This document shows, in pieces, positions 34,010 to 42,300 of a stretch of DNA of 47,821 bases (position 1 is its first letter; each line of letters opens with the position of its first letter). The notes under the pieces were generated by a model. It did no database searches. It was not told where the DNA came from and saw only the letters and a list, made by a program, of their open reading frames with translations. Location: sequence record DRR723986_6985; one strand, given 5' to 3'. Both the position numbers and the translations under genes were made by a program.

Positions 34010-35344
34010 ATGACCGTCGATACGCTCGAAACACCCGTTACCCAGGCTCTGGTCTGGAATCAGGTCCGCCGGCGAGCATGGCTCACTGTCGTCGTACCGC
34101 TCGCGATCTTCACCTACCTCGTTTATACGTGGTTCGCCTTCGGGGTGCCGGAACTGCTCTCTCGTGCCCAGCCGGAACGGGCGGTGATCCTGGCAACGGA
34201 TTCCGTTGCCTACAAAGTTCACGTCACAAAGAGCTTCCGGGACAACGAGTTCGAAGTTGCGATCGAAGGCGAGCGCACCGCCACCTACGACAACGCCAAA
34301 GTGCCCGACTGGGTGCAGCTCAGCGGCGAAAACGGTTTGGTTGACCTCGGCGATGGCTACATGGTCGAAATCGATGGCAGGACAGCCCTGTTCACCATCC
34401 CGGGCTATGGCGTGGTGGAGGGCACCGCGACTGCCGATGGGGTCGAAACGGTTCTGCCGGCAGGGCCGGCACCGGACTGGATCAAGATCGATCCGCGCAA
34501 GCTCGATGTGCGCCCGACCCTTGATCGGCGCCTTCAGGTCACCAAGACGAAGATCGAGGTTCACAACTATTTCGGCGGTTGGGAGAACTTCTGGTTTCCG
34601 TTCCGCTCACCACTTTACGGCATGTCCTTCAGCCAGCTTTATGCGTTGGCTTTGAGCTCGGACCGAATGGATCCGGAAACGTCGAACATCTGGTTCATCG
34701 TGAACGAGTTTCTGGAAAACCCTGACTGGCAGCACGGCAAGGTTCTTACCGCCTTGTTCGAAACCATCATGATGGCCGTTCTCGGCACTCTCACGGCCGC
34801 ATTCTTCGGATTGCCGCTGGCGTTTCTTGCAGCTCGCAACTTCACGCCGTCGAAGCTGCTTCGGTTCGGAACACGCCGCCTCTTCGATTTCCTGCGCGGC
34901 ATCGACATGCTGATCTGGTCGCTGATCTTCATTCGCGCCTTCGGTCTCGGGCCGCTGACAGGAGCTCTGGCAATTGCCTTCACCGATACCGGTTCGCTCG
35001 GCAAACTGTTTTCCGAAGCGCTGGAGAACATCGACAACAAGCAGGTCGAGGGCGTTAGGGCGACCGGCGCCAATCAGATCCAGCGGTATCGCTACGGTGT
35101 GATCCCGCAGATCCTGCCGGTCTTCGTGTCCCAGGTCCTCTACTACCTGGAATCGAACACTCGGTCAGCCACGGTCATCGGTGCTCTCGGGGCGGGGGGG
35201 ATCGGTCTCTTGCTGGTCGAAACCATGAAGACCTCGCGCGATTGGGAAAACACCAGCTACATCATCATCCTGACAATCATTGTCGTGATCCTGATGGATC
35301 AGACCTCAGGTTGGCTGCGCCGGAAGCTGATTGAAGGCAAATAG
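34010..35344 (+). CDS. phnE: Second phosphonate ABC permease with a large extracytoplasmic insert
   Basis: GSLGKLFSEALENID, ESNTRSATVIGALGAGGIG; long soluble region after the first TM segment. Confidence 0.9.
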   Translation: MTVDTLETPVTQALVWNQVRRRAWLTVVVPLAIFTYLVYTWFAFGVPELLSRAQPERAVILATDSVAYKVHVTKSFRDNEFEVAIEGERTATYDNAKVPDWVQLSGENGLVDLGDGYMVEIDGRTALFTIPGYGVVEGTATADGVETVLPAGPAPDWIKIDPRKLDVRPTLDRRLQVTKTKIEVHNYFGGWENFWFPFRSPLYGMSFSQLYALALSSDRMDPETSNIWFIVNEFLENPDWQHGKVLTALFETIMMAVLGTLTAAFFGLPLAFLAARNFTPSKLLRFGTRRLFDFLRGIDMLIWSLIFIRAFGLGPLTGALAIAFTDTGSLGKLFSEALENIDNKQVEGVRATGANQIQRYRYGVIPQILPVFVSQVLYYLESNTRSATVIGALGAGGIGLLLVETMKTSRDWENTSYIIILTIIVVILMDQTSGWLRRKLIEGK

Positions 35345-35500
35345 GTCCGTCTGACCTGAAAGTCATAAACTCGGTGCGGTAACGGCACCGGGTTTATCTT
35401 GATAACTGCAGGTACCCCCTTTTTGCCGCATTTATGTCGCGCTAGCGTGTCAGCGTTCGGAAATTGCTTCGAAGCTGCGGAGGGGGCTGTGCGCCAGGGC

Positions 35501-36688
35501 ATGCGAAATCATCTTGTGAATGTTGCGTTCGGAACCGGTCTGTCCATGATGGCCATGGCAGGATCGGCCTATGCGATCGAAAGCTGTGTTGCATCCCTGA
35601 AGAAACAGGCTGTTGCCGCAGGCGTCCGGCCGGACATCGCCGAGCGCATGCTGTCAGGTGCAACCTTTGACGAGAAAGTCATCCGGTTCTCGACGTCCCA
35701 GCCCGAGCACAAGACCGAAATCTGGGATTACATGGCCTTTCTGGTCGACGCGCAGCGGATCCAGGACGGCAAGGCAAACCTGAAAAAACACAACAGCACA
35801 CTCACCTCCATCGAAAAGCGGTACGGTGTCGACCGGCACGTGGTTCTGGCGGTCTGGGGCATCGAGAGTGACTACGGCAACTTCCGCGGCGATTTCTACA
35901 CCCCACATGCTTTGGCCAATCTGGTTTGCGCCGGCAAACGGCGCCAGAAATACTTCCAGGGCGAACTGATCAAGACCATGCAGATTGCTTCACGAGGGGA
36001 TGTACCGGCCAAAGACTTCGTCGGCTCCTGGGCAGGGGCTTTCGGGCAAACCCAGTTCATGCCAAGCACCTACAACAGTCTCGCGGTCGACTTTGACGGC
36101 GATGGCCGCAAGGATCTGGTGAATTCCGTCCCCGATGCCCTGGCTTCAACGGCAAACTTTCTGAAAAATGCCGGATGGAGCAACAGCCGACCCTGGGGAT
36201 ACGAGGTCAAGGCACCGAAGAGTTACAGTGGGCCGTCGGGTCTGAAGAACTATTCCTCCCTGTCGACCTGGGCCAAAAGAGGCTTCACCAAAATCGACGG
36301 CGGCGCTCTTTCCGGCAATCTGGATGCAGCGCTGATCCAGCCGGCAGGAGCGGGTGGCCCGTCCTTCCTGGTGACCCGCAATTTCCGGGCCCTGCGTTCC
36401 TACAATGCATCAACGTCCTATGGTCTGGCGATCGCCCTTTTGTCGGAACTCGTATCAGGCGGCGATCCGTTCAAGACACCCTGGCCGACGGACAACCCCG
36501 GTCTTTCCCGTGCTCAGCGTGTGGAGCTGCAGAAGCTTCTCAACCGCAACGGCTTCAACGTCGGTGAACCGGACGGGAAGGTCGGCCCGGCCACACGTGA
36601 AGGCATCCGCAAGGCCGAGGCACGCCACGGCCTCCCGGTAACAGGACGTCCGTCCTGGAATGTGTACTCGGTGCTGGGGGGGAAATAG
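35501..36688 (+). CDS. Lytic murein transglycosylase (MltB/SLT_2 family) with C-terminal PG-binding domain
   Basis: AVWGIESDYG, GSWAGAFGQTQFMPS, DFDGDGRKD, YNAS; LQKLL...DGKVGPATR. Confidence 0.9.
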   Translation: MRNHLVNVAFGTGLSMMAMAGSAYAIESCVASLKKQAVAAGVRPDIAERMLSGATFDEKVIRFSTSQPEHKTEIWDYMAFLVDAQRIQDGKANLKKHNSTLTSIEKRYGVDRHVVLAVWGIESDYGNFRGDFYTPHALANLVCAGKRRQKYFQGELIKTMQIASRGDVPAKDFVGSWAGAFGQTQFMPSTYNSLAVDFDGDGRKDLVNSVPDALASTANFLKNAGWSNSRPWGYEVKAPKSYSGPSGLKNYSSLSTWAKRGFTKIDGGALSGNLDAALIQPAGAGGPSFLVTRNFRALRSYNASTSYGLAIALLSELVSGGDPFKTPWPTDNPGLSRAQRVELQKLLNRNGFNVGEPDGKVGPATREGIRKAEARHGLPVTGRPSWNVYSVLGGK

Positions 36689-36738
36689 CCCACGGGCAAC
36701 CGGCTGAAATAGGGTGAACCCTGCTTGACAGGTGCCGA

Positions 36739-38373
36739 TCAGGACGCGTTCTGGGGAATGGAAAGCGGCACACTGGAATGGAGGCAGCTTCTGTTTCGGC
36801 CCGTTTTCTTGGCTTGGTACATGGCCTCGTCCGCGGTCCTGAGAAGCTCATATTCGAGGTCCGGGCCGTTCGCCTGAACCGAGACCCCGACACTTGCGCC
36901 GACTGTCCTGTCTACCGCCCCTTTGATCGGGATCGGCAGGTTGATGTCGTAAACGATCCTGTCTGCCAGGGCGGATAGACTGTCCGCGTCGGTGCGCCGT
37001 GTCGACAGGATCAGGAATTCGTCGCCGCCCATCCGGATGATCGTCTCATCTTGTTGCAGCAAATCCGACAACCGTTCAGCCACTGCCTTGATGACCTGAT
37101 CACCGACCGAATGGCCATGGTGATCGTTGACGGTCTTGAACCGGTCCAGATCGATCAGAATGGCGGCAACCTTGACGCCGGGGCCCACGCTGAGCCGGGT
37201 CGTTTCGAAGAATTTCGACATCATGCGCCGATTGCCGACACCTGTCAGCGCGTCGTGCAGTGCGTTGAATTCGATCTGGGCGTTGAGTTCAAGAAGGCTC
37301 GTGTTTGCCTCCTGCAATTCCGTATTCAAGGTTTCGGTTCTGGTGCGCAATTCCCTCTCGTAATCGGCCTTGCTGTGTGCAAGCCGGAATTCCAGACGGT
37401 TCCGGAAATCGTTGCTCTGGCGTTCCGTCTCCTCGGTGAACATCTTCTTTTGAAGTTTCACATAGGCCTTCAGATAGTCGAGTGCACTGCGGTGCTCTTC
37501 CAGGGCTTCGTGGGTCTGGGAGAGCTTGAGATAGAAGTTTCGCGTCCAGTGGTGATAGTCGGCACCGGCAGCGTTCAGCAGACCGTTTTCCAGTTCGGCA
37601 CGCGCTTCGTCATAGCGTTTCTCTTCGAAAAGGCTCAATCCGAGCACGTAGTAAAGGTGGCAGGCGACCCGGTGATCCTGGCTGAACTGTGCCGCTGCCA
37701 GGCCCTTGGCGGCGCAGGCGCGCGCCTCCTTCAATGCGCCGGTTTCCACCAGCGCCGCTCCCAGCACTTCATAGGCGTAAGGCAGGTTCACGGCGTTGCG
37801 ATGCTCCAGGGCATCTTCCAGGCACGCCTTTGCCGCTTCGACGGCTGCGTCGGGGCTACCGCATCGCAATTCGGTGCGCGATAGGGTTTGCAGGATGTGC
37901 GAACGCTCGTAAACAAGGCCCAGCCGATCGGCGATGTCCATGGCTTCCTGAAGCTTGGACTGAGCCTTTTCGTAGTCATGATAATAGGCGCACATGTTGG
38001 CGAGCACGGTCAGCGGCTCGATACCGGCGCGTCCGTGAGTTGCCGCCCCGAGGATCTCCAGGCTTTCTCCCAGAATGGCATCGGCCTGGCTGAGTTCACC
38101 GAGGCTGTAGACGCAAACCGACTTGATGACCAGAAGCTCGGACCAGCCTTCCGGATCCTGCCTCGGATCCATCATCGAGAAGGCTTTGTCTGCAAGCTTT
38201 GCCGCCGCATCGAAATGACCGGACCAACGCTCCAGCCATGCAAGATTGAACTGAAGGGGACGGTTGCCGGGCTCCGGTTCCGGCTGCCGTTTCAGCGCGT
38301 CATACAAAAGGCGTTTGCAGAACGCCGGATTGCGCCATCGCAAGGCCCAGCTTCGCTCTTGCAGTTCCTTCAG
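36739..38373 (-). CDS. TPR-repeat diguanylate cyclase (GGDEF); start uncertain
   Basis: Helical TPR-like repeats, coiled coil, HDALTG, DLDRFKTVND, RMGGDEF, ADEAMYQAK; start is CTG 38373 (after AGGGAGG) or TTG 38343. Confidence 0.85.
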   Translation of the reverse strand: MKELQERSWALRWRNPAFCKRLLYDALKRQPEPEPGNRPLQFNLAWLERWSGHFDAAAKLADKAFSMMDPRQDPEGWSELLVIKSVCVYSLGELSQADAILGESLEILGAATHGRAGIEPLTVLANMCAYYHDYEKAQSKLQEAMDIADRLGLVYERSHILQTLSRTELRCGSPDAAVEAAKACLEDALEHRNAVNLPYAYEVLGAALVETGALKEARACAAKGLAAAQFSQDHRVACHLYYVLGLSLFEEKRYDEARAELENGLLNAAGADYHHWTRNFYLKLSQTHEALEEHRSALDYLKAYVKLQKKMFTEETERQSNDFRNRLEFRLAHSKADYERELRTRTETLNTELQEANTSLLELNAQIEFNALHDALTGVGNRRMMSKFFETTRLSVGPGVKVAAILIDLDRFKTVNDHHGHSVGDQVIKAVAERLSDLLQQDETIIRMGGDEFLILSTRRTDADSLSALADRIVYDINLPIPIKGAVDRTVGASVGVSVQANGPDLEYELLRTADEAMYQAKKTGRNRSCLHSSVPLSIPQNAS

Positions 38374-38529
38374 GTGCGCCTCCCTTGACGGCAGTTTTTA
38401 AAAAATACCACTGGTGATCATAGCCATAATTCCGGAAACGCAACGTAAATTCATTTGGATAAGACATAGATTTGTTGCGTTGCGAAAAACATCAGCGCAA
38501 TATATTGGCGAAATTCTGGAGGTTTAGGC

Positions 38530-39171
38530 ATGTCCGGGCGGATTCTGACGGTTGCACAGCAAAAAGGCGGGTCGGGGAAGACAACCCTTGCGGCCCATCT
38601 TGCCGTTGCGCTTGCCAAAAAGTCCGGCGAACCGGTGGCAATCCTCGACGTGGATCCGCAAGGCTCTTTGGGAACCTGGTTCGAGGCACGCGAAGACAAC
38701 TTTGGTGAAGAAAATACCGGTCTTGAATTCCGCACCGCGTCAGGCTGGGGCGCAAGGCGTGAGGCGCGTTCGCTCGCAAAGTCCCATGGTTACGTTGTCA
38801 TCGATACACCGCCCAAGACCGACAGTGATGCCAAGCCGGCAATCGACGCCGCTGACTTCGTGATCGTTCCGATCCAACCGACGCCGGTCGATCTCTGGGC
38901 AACCTCGCAGACGATCGAGATGGCTGCGCGTGAAGATACCCCCGCACTTCTGGTGCTCAACCGCGTACCGCCCCGCGCGTCCCTTACAGGCGAGATGGCG
39001 GACGCCATTGCCGCTTCGGGATATGACGCGCTCAATGCCCGCCTGGGCAACCGGACCATCTTTGCCTCTGCAATGGGCAGAGGCCGCGCCGTGACCGAGG
39101 ACGCACCATCGAGCAAGGCGGCCCAGGAAGTTGCGCTGCTGATCGAGGAACTGGTCAGCAGGATCGGCTGA
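38530..39171 (+). CDS. Short ParA-family ATPase (orphan)
   Basis: Deviant Walker A QKGGSGKTT, DVDPQGS, VIDTPP; 213 aa. Confidence 0.88.
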   Translation: MSGRILTVAQQKGGSGKTTLAAHLAVALAKKSGEPVAILDVDPQGSLGTWFEAREDNFGEENTGLEFRTASGWGARREARSLAKSHGYVVIDTPPKTDSDAKPAIDAADFVIVPIQPTPVDLWATSQTIEMAAREDTPALLVLNRVPPRASLTGEMADAIAASGYDALNARLGNRTIFASAMGRGRAVTEDAPSSKAAQEVALLIEELVSRIG

Positions 39172-39308
39172 GCTCTCAGACCATCTCGTCTGCAATTGCG
39201 AGACTACGCCCTTGTGTCAGGAGAGTTCACTCTAAAAACTATTTTGCCTTGTCCTTGTCACGATCCAGTGACTTGATAGCGGAAATTATAGGCCCCGGAG
39301 GATTGGCC

Positions 39309-42300
39309 ATGTTCGTTTTTTCGTTTGTTTCCCAAAAGCTTTCCCTCAATTTCAAGCATCGTTTCAAGAAGGTTGCCAAAAGCACGCTGCTTCTTGTGGC
39401 AAGCGCCGGTTTCGCCGGTGTCTTGGCCACCGCAGCAGGCGCGCAGGACCGGCGTATCGTCACCATCGATGATGCGGATTTCTTCGGTGGTGACTATCGC
39501 ACCGTGAAAGACGTGGATCTGGACGGGTGCAAATCCGTCTGCCTCAGCGACAATCAGTGCCGCGCCTTCACCTTCAACACCTCTGCGGGCTGGTGTTTTC
39601 TGAAGACCGACTATGGCGAACTGCAGAGTTTTGCCGGTGCGATCGCCGGACGGGTCGTTGAAGTCAAGGCGCCACGCGCCGACCAGAGCGCAGACCGAAA
39701 GGCAGAGCTGGTTTTTATTCCCAAATCCCAGCTGGAAAGCGCACAGACCTATTCCCTCAGCATTGCAAATTCGGTGCGCCCGAACGGGCAGACTGCGGAT
39801 CAGCTGCGCCGGAACGGTCAAGACGCACTCGGCGAGCGTAACGGCGCACTGGCAGAAGCCGACTTCCTGCAGCTGATCAAGCTGGAACCGGGAGAATTTG
39901 ATGCCTGGACCCAGCTCACCACCGCCCTGCTGCTGCAGGATCCAGACAACTGGCAGGACAGGGAAACCAAGCGCAAGAACGCGATATCAGCCTCGATCAA
40001 TGCCTATCTGCGGTCCGTCAGCGCACCTGAGCGCGCCTTGGCGCTTGAACTTGTGGGCCGCGCGATGACCCGCAGCAGCGAATACAAGACCGCGATCAAG
40101 GCCTTGCGGGCATCGTTGGCGGTCGAGGAAAATTCCAGCGTACGTCGGCAATACGCGGATCTGGTTGCCGAGCACGGCTTCCGGATCGTTGATCACGAAG
40201 TCGATTCCGACAGCGCGTCGCCACGGATCTGTCTGGTCTTCTCGCAAAAACTGCCGCTTGGCGAAGACATGAGCCCTTATGTCAGCGTAAGCGGCGAGGG
40301 TACTTTCGCGATTGAGGCGGAAGGCAGCCAAATCTGTGCGGATGGTCTCAAGCATGGCGGTCGCTATCAGATCACCGCACGCAGCGGCTTGCCGGCAGCC
40401 GATGGCGAGAAGCTGGAAAAGACCGCGGACCTGACTGTCTATGTGAAGGACCGGTCTCCTTCCGTTAGCTTTTTGAGCCGTTCCTACGTTCTTCCTGCTG
40501 GTGGCGACCCCACCATTCCGATCGTTTCCGTGAACACCTCCGAAGTCGAGACCTCGATCTACCGCATCGGCAACCGCTCCATCGCCGACATCCTGCGTGA
40601 CAACCGCTTCCTGCGGCAGCTCGACAGCTGGCGGGCAGACCAGATCGAGGACGAACTGGGTCAGAAGGTCTGGTCTGGAATTGTCGAGACCGGTAACGAC
40701 CTGAACCAGGACATCACGACCGCCATACCGATTTCGGAAACCGGCATCGAGCTGAAACCGGGCGTCTATGCCATGACCGCACGGTCCAAGCTCGATCAGA
40801 AGAACCGCTGGGGCACGCTGGCAACGCAATGGTTCCTGGTGTCCGATCTGGGCCTGACGGCCCTTTCAGGCGACAACGGTATTTCCGCCAATATCCGGTC
40901 TCTCACAAGTGCAGAGGCACTGGAGGGCGTGACCGTACGCCTGTTGGCCGTCAACAACGACATTCTCGGTGAAGCTGTCAGTAACGCGGAAGGTTTTGCG
41001 GAATTTGCCGTCGGCCTTACCCGCGGCAGAGGCGGTCAGGCCCCTGGTATTCTCGTGGCTGAAACGTCCGAAGGCGACTATTCCTTCCTCGACCTGCGCA
41101 AACCGGCGTTCGATCTGTCCGACCGGGGTGTCGAAGGACGTGCAGCACCGGGACCGCTAGACGTTTTTGCCTGGACGGATCGCGGTATCTACAAGGCCGG
41201 CGAAACCGTTCACGCACAGGCTCTGCTGCGCAATGCAAGTGCAACCGCACAGGAAGATTTTCCGCTCACCTTCATCTTCAATCGGCCTGACGGTGTGGAG
41301 CACGCCCGCTTTACAGTGAACGACGGCGGGCTCGGCGGTCACCTTCAGGATGTGACGCTGGCAGCGTCGGCTCAGCAGGGTATCTGGTCCTGGCAGGTTT
41401 TCGCCGATCCGAAGGGCAGGGCGCTCACCGAGCAGACCTTCCTGGTGGAAGACTATCAGCCCGAGCGAGTCGATTTCGAACTTGAAACAGATGCAAAGGC
41501 CTTCAACCGTAGCGGACCGACAGCAGTATCGCTGGACGCCAGGTATCTCTATGGCTCGCCGGCCAGCGGCCAGACGCTGGAAGGTGATGTCATCGTGCGG
41601 CCCATCCGCACGCTTGAAGCCCACCCGGGCTATCAGTTCGGCATTGCCGATGCGGATGCTTATACACAGCGTGGCTCCTTGTCGTCGGGTCTGAAGACCG
41701 ATGATGATGGCAAGCTTGCCTTCGACGTCTTCATGCCCGAACTTCCCGAGACGACCATGCTTTATACAGGCGAGCTGATCGCACGCCTGGTGGAAGCGGG
41801 TGGCCGCTACGTTGAGCGGGACATGGACCTGCCTGTTGCCATCGACGGACCACGCATTGGCGTAAAACCCGCCTTCGACGGCGGTGTCGATGAAGGCGGT
41901 CCGGCCGATTTCTCCGTAATCGTCATCGATGAAGACGGCAAGGAAGTCGACGGAACGGACATCGGCTGGACCCTGTCCAAGGTCGATCGCCGGTATCAAT
42001 GGTACCGCTATGACGGCAACTGGTCCTATGAGCCGATCACCACCACCCGCCGTGTTGCCACCGGCACCGTGCAGGTGACCGCCGGACAGCCGGCACAGCT
42101 TTCCCTTCCGGTCGAATGGGGTGAGTACCGTCTCGACGTTGAAGGCAGCGGAACGCTGCAGACCTCGACGCGCGTCACCTTCAATGCCGGCTGGTATTCT
42201 GCCGATGCCTCCTCCGATACGCCTGATTATCTGGACGTTGGCCTCGACAAGACCAGCTACCGACCCGGCGACACCGCCAAGCTGCGCCTCAAGCCACAAA

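Noticed and set aside
38530-39171. Plasmid or prophage partition locus
   Set aside because: No parB, rep, integrase or phage genes nearby; flanks are ordinary chromosomal envelope genes.
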